Counted from the first letter of the whole stretch, positions 26,056-38,221 are shown. The stretch is 63,286 nucleotides of DNA, filler included, from Bonamia ostreae (GCA_040357525.1; 53 parts of 53 records of this genome joined end to end with filler, not necessarily neighbours in it); one strand, 5' to 3'. The notes: generated by a model from the sequence alone, not told the origin. Numbers and translations are program-made.

Positions 26056-26303
26056 GTTTATCGATCAATGTCAATTTTTTTTAGTTTATCGACCAAAGTC
26101 AAATATTTTTTAAGTTTATCGATCAAAGTCAAATATTTTTTAGTTTATCGATCAATGTCAAATTTTTTAGTTTATCGACCAAAGTCAAATATTTTTTAAG
26201 TTTATCGATCAAAGTCAAATATTTTTTAGTTTATCGATCAATGTCAAATTTTTTAGTTTATCGACCAAAGTCAAATATTTTTTAAGTTTATCGATCAAAG
26301 TCA
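26056..26303. repeat. 27-30 bp minisatellite with a three-unit higher-order period of 86-87 bp
   Basis: GTTTATCGAYCAAWGTCAA units start at 26056, 26084, 26114, 26143, 26170, 26200, 26229, 26256 and 26286, in ABC-ABC-ABC order. Confidence 0.95.
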
Positions 26304-27600
26304 NNNNNNNNNNNNNNNNNNNNNNNNNNNNNNNNNNNNNNNNNNNNTTAATTAATTAANNNNNNNNNNNNNNNNNNNNNNNNNNNNNNNNNNNNNNNNN
26401 NNNCAAACCCACCATACAGCCTAAACACCCCCATCACTGACGTCTTCGGACCCCAAACAACTCAGACACTGCGCCCCCTCCCCCCCCCCCCCCCCCCCCC
26501 CGTTATGAAATTCCTGGATCCGCCACTGGCAATAGCCAAATCGAACGATAAACAGGTCCATAAAAATAAACATTATTGTTCATATTTTACTGAACATTTC
26601 AGCTATGATGATATCCTTATTCTATAGAAAGAGTGGGTATTGATAACTTTTTTTTCTCGTGCATATTTTACTTTAATGATGTGCATGTTGAAGAAAATAT
26701 TTTCAAATTGTCGGTACGTGCATCTATTTGATTGGCAAAGAAATTTCAATTATTTTCTTAAATCATATCATATTTTGTCTACTGAGAATGCATGATGATA
26801 TCCAAACATAAATGATGCACGATCCAGTCTGATCACCTTATGTATTGGTTTAAATACGTTCTTTCTAATGTACTTCTTTTACCTGCATTACAAACGAAAT
26901 CACGCAAGCCAGTCATGTTTATTTGAATCAAAGGCATATCTGGAAATTCCAAGTAAAATATAATGGGGACAATATTTTCTATAACCATCCGTGATTGTAT
27001 TGCATACATTTTCATTCCAATAGAGAAATGGGGAAATGGACGTCATACACTGTATACAACTTTAGAAAATTGCAACATATTCCGAATCGAGTCACAATTA
27101 ATAGCTACTAAAATAAAGCTGTCATTCAGAGCTCGAATCTAGTGTATTGTATGTGGAACAAAGGATTGTTGATTGATAAACGATAAACTCCCATACACAT
27201 CAACAGTATCAAAATATCACGAGATTCACCAGACATTCGGATGAGTCCATATAAACATATTTAGAATTGGAATATACACTTCTCAAACACCTTGTCTTGT
27301 ACTTCATTTACACTCATTTAGTAATATATAATAACATTACTTCACTAATACTAGTTACATGTAGTATTTGCGATTAAATCCTTGTCCCGCGGATGAGTAT
27401 GGTTCAATCCCGATAGACAAAGGTACGATATTTGTGTGCAATCTGTGTTTCGGTTTCAAAGAGATAACCCGTAGAGATCCGGGTTAGAATATGTCCTCAG
27501 NNNNNNNNNNNNNNNNNNNNNNNNNNNNNNNNNNNNNNNNNNNNTTAATTAATTAANNNNNNNNNNNNNNNNNNNNNNNNNNNNNNNNNNNNNNNNNNNN

Positions 27601-27692
27601 TCAATAATTTTAACGCTGACAATTGTGCCGCCAGTGGCTATAATTAGAACATGGGAATTTGTATTGTGTTCTTTTGGCATTCCTGTGATCAT
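27601..27692 (-). CDS. L-asparaginase/glutaminase family protein, N-terminus (protist)
   Basis: MITGMPKEHNTNSHVLIIATGGTIVSV contains the asparaginase active-site signature ATGGTI; truncated by the contig edge. Confidence 0.65.
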
Positions 27693-27894
27693 TTTGACAA
27701 TCGCTATTTATATAAAACTTACAAAAATTAGCCAAAATATTATCGATAAAACTTTTTCAAAAAATTAGCCAATATTATTAATTTTAAATTTACAAAATAA
27801 TGTCAAACCATTTCAAGCAAAATGCTGCTAAATTTGTTATTCAAATGCTTAAATATAAAATAAGCTCAAAAACTAAATTTTGCGATAAAACTTA

Positions 27895-28685
27895 ATGGGA
27901 ATCATAGACAATACCAATCTGGATCATATAAGAAACGGAGAAATGTAAAACTTTTTAACTCAAAAAGACAATCTTTCTGCGGTGCATCGTCTGTAATTGT
28001 CATCAAATACAAAGACGGCGTAATGGCTATCGCTGATACATTAGGATCATATTTTTCTTCCGCTCGATTCACCGACGTTCGAAGGATAAAACGAATCGGG
28101 TCGTCTGCGCTCATTGCCGCCTCAGGTGACATCGCCGATTTCCAATTCATTGCAGCAAAATTGAAAAGCAAAATGTTTTAGACCTAATTTTCCACAGAAA
28201 AAAAGATATCCGTCAAGATGACGGATTTGCTCTATCCCCAAAAGAACTCTTTAACAGTGCTTCAGTGATGATGTTAGAAAAAAGAATGGACTTCAAACCT
28301 CTTCTTAACACAATAGTGGTCGCCGGTTTCCAGGACGGCAAATCGTAAAAATAACTTAAAGTTCAGTTTCATCGGAACAGTCGATCAACTTGGAACTTCT
28401 TACGAAGAAGATTTCGTCGCGACAGGATTCGGTTTGCACATGGCCGTGCCAATTTTACGCGAAGAATGGCGCCCAAACTTAACTGCCGAAGAAGCAAAAA
28501 ACTTACTCGAAAAATGTGCGCGCATTCTGTTTTACAGAGATTCGCGCGCGATGAATCGATTTGTAATCGCTCAGTTAATTTTGCGAAATGACGAAGCTGA
28601 ATGTGAATATCATTGTTCAAAGCCATTTTCTCTCAAAACGAAATGGGATTTTAAAGGATTTAAAGAAGAAGAATATAATGACTAG
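27895..28685 (+). CDS. PSMB4: 20S proteasome subunit beta-7 (PSMB4/PRE4), complete, three tiny introns
   Basis: SVIVIKYKDGVMAIADTLGSY..ARF, ASGDIADFQ, PLLNTIVVAG, VATGFGLHMAVPILRE and ILFYRDSRA. Introns 27945-27967, 28175-28197 and 28345-28366. Confidence 0.95.
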
Positions 28686-28796
28686 ATATTTTGTCANNNN
28701 NNNNNNNNNNNNNNNNNNNNNNNNNNNNNNNNNNNNNNNNTTAATTAATTAANNNNNNNNNNNNNNNNNNNNNNNNNNNNNNNNNNNNNNNNNNNN

Positions 28797-29525
28797 CGAA
28801 CGAGCAAATCTTCTGCAAAGTCTCCTTCAAAAAGTTCTAGGATTAGTTTTGAAACCAGCGGTTGGTCTGTTAACAAGACCAATTCGTTCAATTTGTAGTG
28901 GCTTTTGTTGTCGAAGGCTTCGAAAAGTTTGTTGATCAACTCGTTTTGGTCCATTCTGTGCCGCATTTTCCTTTTCTTCTTTTGTCTGTTCCCCGGTTTG
29001 TTTTCGGCCAAATCGCTGTTTGCGCCTGTTTGCAAAATTTTTTCTTTCTGAAAATCGGTTTTTGCGTCCTTCTCTGTCATTAAAGTCGTTGCGCTAAAAA
29101 TTAATATTTCACCTCCTCGAAACTTCCCAGCGCCGCAGTTTGTTTTTCAAATAGCGTTTGTACGCGCTGTTTTGCACCGGTCTGCAATCAACCGTTTCGG
29201 AAAGCAACGCTTCCGAAGCGGTCTCCTCAAGTTCTGAGGGCTGTTTGAAGAGGATCATCTCTTCTTTCCGGAAAAGGGGATCGAAAGAGTCCCGTTTTTG
29301 CAGGTTGAACATGTTGGGCAAATCTGCTTCTGGCAGATTTGCGGAGAACGAGACCCTTTTTATGGTCTCGAAGGGCGCCAAAACGAACTCGTTGGTCGAG
29401 TTGAAATGACCGAGCACATTTTGGGCGTCGTTTCCTTTGTGTTCAAACCATTCCCGCGCCAAGAATTGCGGGATCTTTACAAGCCAGCGCTTCTTGCGCT
29501 CTGAGCTTTTACTATACACAGACAT
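28797..29525 (-). CDS. GTF2F2: TFIIF beta subunit (RAP30/Tfg2), 3' truncated
   Basis: WLVKIPQFLAREW at the N-terminus and winged helix RMDQNELINKLFEAFDNKSHYKLNELVLLTDQPLNFLKETL. Two 19-nt introns at 29094-29112 and 28837-28855. Confidence 0.9.
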
Positions 29526-29573
29526 CTAAAACTAATTTTAAGCTTTGCTAAAGATTAAACTCGGTTTGCGATA

Positions 29574-29886
29574 ATGGTACATTTGCTTAATTAAAAGACA
29601 AAAGGAACCTCGTCAAAAGGTAAGAACAAGAACAAGAGCCACGTCGTCTGCGTTCGTTGCGGCAAAAGGTCTTACCACGTTCAGCACAACAGATGCGCCT
29701 CTTGCGCTTATCCCGCCAAAAAGATGCGAAAATGTTTTATTTTCATCGGTAGATAATTGGAGCATAAAGGGAAAGCGTCGTCGGACGCAAGGAACTGGGC
29801 GCATGCGCAGACTGAAAAAGGTCTTTCGACGAGCTAGAAATGGCTTTAAAGAAGGCACTCAGGCGAAGAGCACAAAAAGTATTTGA
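29574..29886 (+). CDS. RPL37: 60S ribosomal protein eL37, complete; missed by the ORF track
   Basis: [82 protein letters not shown]. Introns 29577-29597 (21 nt) and 29734-29752 (19 nt). Confidence 0.97.
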
Positions 29887-31188
29887 ACGATANNNNNNNN
29901 NNNNNNNNNNNNNNNNNNNNNNNNNNNNNNNNNNNNTTAATTAATTAANNNNNNNNNNNNNNNNNNNNNNNNNNNNNNNNNNNNNNNNNNNNCCTGCCAC
30001 CTGAATTCCATACTTCCTGATGACAGGCCGCGCACAAGTGCGGTCTGTTCTTATGGGTTACTTTCAAAATGTAAGTGCGTTTATAGAACTGCTTAATCAT
30101 TTTTTCGTTTCTCCGGGTTTGATGCATATAATTCAAAAATGTAATAAACATTGTAGTTGCCCATTTCTACTGCCTTTGTTTCTGGTTCAATGTATTTCAT
30201 TTATCAATTTAGTATTGTTTACTATGGAAATTAAGATAGTATGACTTCACAATTAACTCTTACAATGTAGTCCTGAAGGGATATACAAAATACATATCGT
30301 CAATGTGATCCGATCTGAATAAAAAAAATGATTTCTTTCATCCTCTGCGACCTGATACCTTTGACACCTGTGTCAAGTTGCTTTCTGGTAGCAACCTGTG
30401 GCATGATTCATTGATGCTTGAAAAGCTATAAAATGATATCAGCAACCAAAAGATAAACGCCTCTTTGAATTAGAAATATTGGGTGACACATGCTCCCTGT
30501 GCATACATTGAGAGTAAATATATCAATATCCTTATTTTCTGCCTACGCTTGAATTCTGTTTCCGGTTTGCTAAAATGCCGAACGAATGTATTCAGTGTTT
30601 CACCATACTATTAATAAGCACATTTTTGCATTTCAAAGGTATTGCAAGTACATTCTTCACATTAATCGATTTAATCACGCTTTTACATGTAAACGTAAAT
30701 ATATTTCAAACTCGTAATCTAAATGTTCAGTGCAATTTACAGAGGGTAAGTCTGATTGAAAGTTAAACATTTCAAAAACAAAATTCTACAGACAAAATCA
30801 TTTTCATGCAAATTTACTGACGAATGATGTTTATATCTAAGTCCCCGTTCTATGTTAAAAATGCAATAATTTTAATTTCATTTCATTTTGGTGCAATGCC
30901 ATGTTTGATAACAACTAAACTAGATTGGAATTGAAAACCTACGGTGTTATGAGCTAATAACCCTTATTCATGATAAACCCTGTATCACAATTTCAGTCAT
31001 CTTGGATCTATACCAACCACCCCTGGAGGTTAATTCGCGGACTTTAGAATCCGGATCTGATTTTAACAAGAACCCCACAGGCCTTAATNNNNNNNNNNNN
31101 NNNNNNNNNNNNNNNNNNNNNNNNNNNNNNNNTTAATTAATTAANNNNNNNNNNNNNNNNNNNNNNNNNNNNNNNNNNNNNNNNNNNN

Positions 31189-31620
31189 GTCTTCCTCCAC
31201 ATTTCTCCGATTGCTGCCTACTTCACGCCTTTGGGTTGGATTTTAAAACCTGACATAGGCAAGAAATTGTGTCTATTCCTGCACAGAACTGTGTTATTTC
31301 AGGCATTGTCCTGTAAATCAATAAAAAGATTGTGGAGAAGATGAAAATGGAAAAGCTTAAGAGGACAACAATGACAACCACAGACAACAAATTTTCTAAA
31401 ATGCAGAATTGGAAGAAAACTAAAAAAAAAATGTTTCACATTTGAATGGAGTCAAATTTTACCTGTAGTAGATGTATTGTTTGATTAGCATCGCCAAGGT
31501 TGCTTGTACAGTTTCAACTTTTAATCTGTATGCATTGGTGTATCCTTGGCTTATCAGCCAGTCCCCATGCTTGCATAGAAACCTTTCAAGTTTTTTAACA
31601 TCATCTGCTTCCTTCAGCTG
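31189..31620 (-). pseudogene. Host exons resembling a G2E3-like HECT-domain region, with a stop codon
   Basis: Exon LKEADDVKKLERFLCKHGDWLISQGY...MLIKQYIYYR splices to TMPEITQFCAGIDTISCLCQVLKSNPKA*; the resemblance is weak. Confidence 0.3.
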
Positions 31621-32711
31621 AAAATAGTTATTGTTACACAATTCGCTTTTGGAAAAAAAATTCAAAACATAGTATGTACAGCATTTTTGAAGAAATATAA
31701 ATTATTTGTTTTACAGATTAACAGGTTGCTGTTAGTTGTACAAATATCTGCATTGCCATTTAACCATGAAAGGGACACATATCACAAACTAGACAGTGTT
31801 TCCATAACAATCCTCAAGTGATAATGTGAATAATTCTATTACTCTAATAAAACATGAAGTATCTCTTAACGATAATTATGTTTAAAATGAACAATTAGTA
31901 AAGCCGATACTGGGATAGCTACCAGGAAAGGGTCTTGACTATGCTGGTCCCTTCTAATAACAATATTGATTCCTCTGCATCATACAGGATGCTTTAATTA
32001 TCATCTCCATAAAATTTAAGCACATGTCTATATCTATTTTAAGTTCATGTATTTCTTAGGAAATGTTTTAGCCCCATGAAATGGTTACTCCTTTCCAACC
32101 ATCATTGCATCTCAGTTTTTTTCTCTCTCGACTTTTTTGGTCATGCTTGCAAATGATGAGCTTTTCTTGCTAACTGACTTTATGTTGATGAGTTACAGAT
32201 CCAGAGTTTAATGTTGAATGATCCATTTTTATAAAAGAAATTGCCCTTAAGGTAATTCCACCCTTCTAGACTTACAGGTTCAATNNNNNNNNNNNNNNNN
32301 NNNNNNNNNNNNNNNNNNNNNNNNNNNNTTAATTAATTAANNNNNNNNNNNNNNNNNNNNNNNNNNNNNNNNNNNNNNNNNNNNTTAAAATTAGATCCAT
32401 TTTTTGGTAATTTAATGCGTTACAACTTTTTTTGGTAATTTTGACATAAAACATTTTTTATGTCAATTTTTATATTGCGTTACAACTTTTTTCCGATTCA
32501 ACGATTTGTAGTTATTTGGTAATTTAATGCGTTATTGAAGTCATTTTATTCTCACATTTTATTCTCACGTAATTGAAGTCACATTTTCAAAAACTTTTTT
32601 ATAATTTTGTTGAGATAATTGTTTTTATTCTTTGATTTTTTTCGGCATTAAACAGTTTGGAATTAAATTTTTTCACACAAAAATCAAAACTTTGTGGAAA
32701 AAATAGTTATT

Positions 32712-33398
32712 TCAAAATTTATTTATATTGGCGCACAAGATTTCGCAATTTCGCAATTTTCTAGAACCGGTCAGTGCCTTAATAAAAAGAGAATGAGTTA
32801 CTATTAAAATGTTTTTTTCTTTTCTTGTTAAAATCCAATCAACAAAATTTTTGGTTCGTTCGTTAACTTCTGTGACGCTTTCCTTAAAATTTTTTTGTTT
32901 TTTGTCTCTCCACCAATTTTCTTTTAAGCGATTGAATCTTATTTTCGAAAATGTTTCTCTCAGTTTTGCGGGTTTCGATCCGACTTTAAAAATGTTAAAT
33001 TGTTTTTGCAATTTTTGCAATTTTTGGAAATGTTTAAAAAAACTGTCTCCGTTATTGCGTCTAATTTCACTGACGAGAGGATTGACGATCAGCGGAATTT
33101 TTTGATGTTTGGTTAAACCAAGTAAATCAAATTTTTTATCGTCGACGATATCCGAAATGGGCCATTTCAACACTTCTGCGACCGGAAATCTGACCCCGAC
33201 TTTGCTGAGCGCATAACGTTGTGTGGCTAAAATCAACCCCGGAGATTTAGTCAATTGTCCCACGGGGAAATTACATGAAACGGCGAAATCTTTTGGCCTT
33301 GAAATCGCCAGAGCGGTGAGAATCGCTCTTTTGTAAGGACTTGTTACTATCAAATCGATTTTGTTTTCTCCCCAAAAGTCCCGTTTGAGGAGTTCGTG
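32712..33398 (-). CDS. Histidine phosphatase (phosphoglycerate mutase-like) family protein, last exon (protist)
   Basis: IDLIVTSPYKRAILTA, KESVTEVNERTKNFVDWI...KNILIVTHSLFI and LRNCEI. Confidence 0.85.
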   Translation of the reverse strand, partial: HELLKRDFWGENKIDLIVTSPYKRAILTALAISRPKDFAVSCNFPVGQLTKSPGLILATQRYALSKVGVRFPVAEVLKWPISDIVDDKKFDLLGLTKHQKIPLIVNPLVSEIRRNNGDSFFKHFQKLQKLQKQFNIFKVGSKPAKLRETFSKIRFNRLKENWWRDKKQKNFKESVTEVNERTKNFVDWILTRKEKNILIVTHSLFIKALTGSRKLRNCEILCANINKF

Positions 33399-36300
33399 CT
33401 GTAAATATAAACTTTGGCAAATCCCTTTTTATTTTTATTTTCTGAAAGGTTGCTAAAATTACGTTTTAATGCGAAAATTGNNNNNNNNNNNNNNNNNNNN
33501 NNNNNNNNNNNNNNNNNNNNNNNNTTAATTAATTAANNNNNNNNNNNNNNNNNNNNNNNNNNNNNNNNNNNNNNNNNNNNAGTGATTTCAAGGAGAAAAT
33601 ATAAGGCAAGTGTAATAGAGGACTGAAAGTTTAGATGGACAAATTCATTACTGCACAAGACATTTCTAGATATCAACCAAAATATTCACTTATAAAAGCA
33701 GATCCATTAAATCATTTAAGAAAATTGGTGAAAATAAAGACTCTTGTCCTGTCAAATTGATCTTTATTTGATTTGTTGATTTGACAAGACAGAACTTGGT
33801 CATGTAATACTGAACACTCGATTTGAATAGAAATAAACACTAGGAGGTTAAAATGAATAAAATTGTCAATATGAAAAAATGAAGACAACGAACAGGGATC
33901 ATCTCATATCATATATGATAACAAATTAAGAGCAAGGCACACACGGACACATTGAAACACTATACCATGTTTGGTTTTGGTCTACTTTTAAAGAAATCAA
34001 ATCCCAACATGGGGATTGTTTTCTTTGATGTTCCAATATTTACTTTCAACCCGACGACACTTGCATCTGTGGACTTAGTGTCATCATTCATCTTAATGAC
34101 AACCATGTAAGTGCATGACAATATCAAAGTCTTTTTTTTTTTTACACCGAGCATTAGTTTTGAAATACAAATAAGTTGATATGAAGGCACGAAAGTGGGA
34201 CAATGAAATATCTCGAAAAGTTTCTTACAATCCACGTTTCTTGAAATTTTATCTTATTTGCATATTACATTATATATATTACAAATCTAATTATTTGAAC
34301 TTATCATCTATATTCATAATGATATTATTTGAAAAATAGAAATTTAAGACAAGTGATTGAATGTCATAAAGAGAAAGAATATCGTAAAGATTGAGATTCT
34401 CCTCAAAAAGTTCGAAATTCAGAGATCATTGGTCCCGATATTATGAAAAGCTTTAAAGTCCGTATTCCGTATTGAAACTCCAAATTCGTTTAAATCCGAG
34501 GTTATAAATACTAAAACTTTGTTAAACCCAGACTCGTACTCAATTGGTTCATGTACCGAAGAAGTTTCAAGAATGATTACAGCATCAATAATTAAATTAT
34601 TATCTATGGAATTTATAGACTTTTTCACTAGCAATAGTTTCCAATTTTTATTTTATTATATCCAGTGATATAATGTNNNNNNNNNNNNNNNNNNNNNNNN
34701 NNNNNNNNNNNNNNNNNNNNTTAATTAATTAANNNNNNNNNNNNNNNNNNNNNNNNNNNNNNNNNNNNNNNNNNNNTATTTTCTTTGTTGTGCTATTTAT
34801 AGTCAATCTGACGATTTGCGTGCCTAATGCCAGGGAGGATTTTACAAGGTCGGCTTAAAATGCTTTAAAATGTATAATTTATTTGTGGACAAGATTGACC
34901 TATAACAGTGTGGAATTGAATTAATTTCCACAAAGATACCATCCCAGCAAGACACAATTCAGCACCTCAACAGGCGTAGAAATTCTTTGTCTGCGGTGTT
35001 AAGTTTATTTATCTTGAAGCAGACAATATTCATTAGGCGTGACTGTATATGCATTTGATAGTGATATGTGACTAGGTTTGCTAGTTCTGAGGCAAATTAC
35101 GAGATTGTTTTGAATAATTCAGAGAAAACATCCCCCCACTGAATACCGGATATCCAAAGTGGTGATTACTTATCCGAATTATTCAACATCACCGAGTTAT
35201 TCAACTTATCCAAATTAACCCAATTTTGTCCCCTCCAGATTGAAACTATGCAATTATTCATGTATGAAAGAGATAACAATGAAAGCACATTCAACACAGT
35301 CAGAAGACAGATATGGTCGATTGCATGGAAGTATCTATTAAAAAGTGATATAGTGTGTAAAAAGGCTCTTTAACACGTTCAAATTAATTTCATGAAAGAA
35401 GGGAAAAGGATTCAGGAAATGAAAGTTATTTTTCTTAAGTTGGATTGAAAGAAGTTTCCTACTGTGAGGATACAGTTGTATGGTATTGGGATGATAGAAA
35501 CATTGTACTCAATGCTATTAATTTTGCAATTCAGAATTTGAGAGGAATGCACGTGGACTGCTGTAGTGGTGTATCTGATGAAAACATGTCAATGACAGCA
35601 AACGGAGTTTTGAAATGGTACCCAGTAGCAATCATTAATACTCTTTCGAAAAATAACAGGAAACATTAGCAGCACTTTTGTGAGACCTACATTTACTGCA
35701 TCGTTTCACTTTCTCTCGGTGGAAAAACCAAAATGAAGACCATAGGTATACAGAGATGCACACGAGAATAAACAATTATCATAAAGTCGTAAAGAACATG
35801 GGTTAAAATGCCGACTAAATGGATATTTACTTTCTCCTTAAAACGGTTCGCATCCGAGATTTGGAGTAATGNNNNNNNNNNNNNNNNNNNNNNNNNNNNN
35901 NNNNNNNNNNNNNNNTTAATTAATTAANNNNNNNNNNNNNNNNNNNNNNNNNNNNNNNNNNNNNNNNNNNNTAAACATTGGTGAAAACCGAATTAATTTT
36001 ATTAATTTATATGGCCAAATTATGATAGTCTTGGATTTCACGAAAAGCACACGGCAACTCCAGTAGATTGTGATAAATAAATGATTATTTTATTCTTTGT
36101 GGGGACTGAACACCTTTTCAATCATTCAGAGGTTATTAATCCTAAATCCTACGATAAACTTGTTTGATTATGATGATGAATGAGTTAAATATTGCTGATT
36201 ATTACAGAATTCTTAACACGAAAAAGAAAATATACACAATGAGAAGGATACATCCAATTAAACGGGGCCGCAGTGACTACATTTTGAATTTTAGGGGTTT

Positions 36301-37208
36301 TTTTTGGTCTAATATTATTGAACACTTTGAAATTAAACCCCAGTATAGATCTAACCACACTTAATAGAAAACAAGTCAGTATTTCCAAGACCCAGATGAA
36401 GAGGAATCTGAATCTTTGGTTTGTGATTCTGTTTCCTCATGGAAATAGGAGGTTACAATATATCATTCTACATTTTAAAAGATGAGATTGATCAGCTAGG
36501 AAATTCCTAATTAGTATTTGGAAAATAATACCCTAGGTATTAATCATTCTTTATTGAAGGAAATGCAATCTGCTTTTAAAAATTATGGCCATACGTGACG
36601 TTTCTGACATTTCTCTAAACTTTATTTTATGATATGAAGAATTCTTGTATTATTTCCGAAATGGATTGACAAATTATAGTAACATTGCAATAATTTGTAC
36701 ATCGGNNNNNNNNNNATACAAGGGTCCCAGGTTCAACACCCGACTGTTCCAAGGGATTTTCTCTCCTTCGTTGCTACAGTAATGTCCATTATACAACTCA
36801 CTGTGATACACAAGACTTTACTTGTTTATTGGCTACAACCAGGTACATTTAAAACATGATAGTTCAAATACAAATATGGTAATGTCCATCAATATTTTTT
36901 TGTAGAAACGAGATAGAACCCATTTGAATTGTACGTGAAAGGTAAAAAAAAAAAAATAATACATATTGTTGAGAAACGTAGCATATGTTGTTTATAAAAG
37001 AAAATCTAAAAAGGAACACGAGAAGACCGAAGACCACTTGTATGAAGGAAGAAGAAAACCTAGAGANNNNNNNNNNNNNNNNNNNNNNNNNNNNNNNNNN
37101 NNNNNNNNNNTTAATTAATTAANNNNNNNNNNNNNNNNNNNNNNNNNNNNNNNNNNNNNNNNNNNNCGTTTGTTAAGTTATACATTGCCATTCCTCCTGA
37201 TCATTATT

Positions 37209-37454
37209 CTACTCGTCATAAGCTTCATTGGTTCCCTCTTTGTAATAAGGGCATTCGGTTTCTGATTTATACCAATCGTTTTCTAAATTATAAGGTACCC
37301 TGTTATCATTTTCTAATTCGCCAGTCATACATTTGTCCTCAAAATAATACAAGCAATCGTAACTCTTACAAAATATCATGGATTGCAACGTTATTATTTT
37401 GCCTTCGAATGTTGGGCTTGGCTCAGTAACTCCCTCAAAACATTTCTTACGCAT
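37209..37454 (-). CDS. Phage-like small Cys-containing hypothetical protein
   Basis: Overlaps the upstream ORF stop; part of a tightly packed same-strand operon with Shine-Dalgarno sites. Confidence 0.7.
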   Translation of the reverse strand: MRKKCFEGVTEPSPTFEGKIITLQSMIFCKSYDCLYYFEDKCMTGELENDNRVPYNLENDWYKSETECPYYKEGTNEAYDE

Positions 37455-37575
37455 ATTTATAACCGCCCTTCTCCAGCATTTCTATACCCTTTTTAACCAC
37501 TTTTTCTCTGTCTAGGTTCAACCGTTCGGCTAAACCGATAAGTTCGTTATTTAAGCGTTTATTAAAGTTATTCAC
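37447..37575 (-). CDS. 42-aa ribbon-helix-helix/CopG-like protein
   Basis: GTG start after AAGGAGG; MNNFNKRLNNELIGLAERLNLDREKVVKKGIEMLEKGGYKYA has an RHH-like helix pattern. Shorter than the ORF-track cutoff. Confidence 0.55.
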   Translation of the reverse strand: MNNFNKRLNNELIGLAERLNLDREKVVKKGIEMLEKGGYKYA

Positions 37576-37590
37576 CCGTTATCCCTCCTT

Positions 37591-37932
37591 TTATAATATC
37601 CCTATGTAAGAATTGTAGCACATGGGCGTCTCCCATTTTTCGTAATTTCCATTATTTATAATTTTAATTACATTGTTACATGATTCTATTTCGTATATAG
37701 TGTTATTTTCAGAAATTATTGTATAACTTCCGTTTGTATTTGCAAGCACTTTAGTTTTGTAAATTTCTTTTTTAATTCCTCCATCTTTTAACCAATCGCA
37801 AAACTCGGCTTTCGAATATTGTGGTTGTTCTCCGTATTTTTCAATGTGCCTTAGTAACATTTTTAACCAACCCTTGTAATTTACAGAACAGTTGTTTTTC
37901 AATTCTTTTAATATTGCTTTTTTATTTTTCAT
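37591..37932 (-). CDS. Phage-like hypothetical protein
   Basis: 113 aa, preceded by AAGGTGG, coupled to the upstream stop codon. Confidence 0.75.
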   Translation of the reverse strand: MKNKKAILKELKNNCSVNYKGWLKMLLRHIEKYGEQPQYSKAEFCDWLKDGGIKKEIYKTKVLANTNGSYTIISENNTIYEIESCNNVIKIINNGNYEKWETPMCYNSYIGIL

Positions 37933-37933
37933 G

Positions 37934-38107
37934 TTATCCCACCTTACTTTCTATTATTATTCTTTTTTTACCGCCAATTTCTTCTACGTAAGTATAATAC
38001 TTGTCACCTTTAGTTAATCCTATTGCTTTTAGCTGTTCCGTTAAGAGTAATGCCAATGAAGTCATTCCGCTGACTTGAACTTTTTTAAAATCTTGATTAG
38101 ATATCAT
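37934..38107 (-). CDS. 57-aa AbrB/MazE/SpoVT-like DNA-binding protein
   Basis: AGGAGGT ribosome-binding site; MISNQDFKKVQVSGMTSLALLLTEQLKAIGLTKGDKYYTYVEEIGGKKRIIIESKVG fits the swapped-hairpin pattern (KVQ.G.SL...GL..GD...IIIE). Confidence 0.65.
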   Translation of the reverse strand: MISNQDFKKVQVSGMTSLALLLTEQLKAIGLTKGDKYYTYVEEIGGKKRIIIESKVG

Positions 38108-38152
38108 GTTGTTACCTCCTGTTTTTATTAGTTAATTTCTTAACTTGAATAC

Positions 38153-38181
38153 ATTCTAACACTTTTCTAAAAGTATGTCAA
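38153..38181 (-). promoter_or_regulatory. Near-consensus sigma70/sigmaA promoter with extended -10
   Basis: TTGACA (38181-38176), 17-bp spacer ending TGT, then TAGAAT (38158-38153), about 45 nt upstream of the first ATG. Confidence 0.85.
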
Positions 38182-38184
38182 GTA

Positions 38185-38221
38185 TAAAATAAAAGAAGTT
38201 GAAAATTAATTCAACCTCTTT
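38185..38221 (-). terminator. Intrinsic terminator just upstream of the promoter
   Basis: The minus strand reads AAAGAGGTTGAA-TTAAT-TTTCAACTTCTTTTATTTTA: a hairpin plus T-tract. Confidence 0.65.

Noticed and set aside
26056-26303. CRISPR array (also considered for 21612-21990 and 49960-50194)
   Set aside because: Units are head-to-tail with no unique spacers, there are no cas genes, and the arrays lie in eukaryotic introns.
26473-26528. Poly-C tract plus CCTGGATCCGCCACTG as a regulatory element
   Set aside because: More likely one end of a common non-autonomous DNA transposon; the partner end is not in the contig.
33960-35669. Short ORFs in two host-like contigs as viral or immune genes
   Set aside because: No recognisable motif, splice structure or ribosome-binding signal.
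36716-36780. tRNA gene (GGTTCAA B-box-like segment)
   Set aside because: No complete cloverleaf can be built and it abuts an N gap; at most a tRNA-derived repeat fragment.
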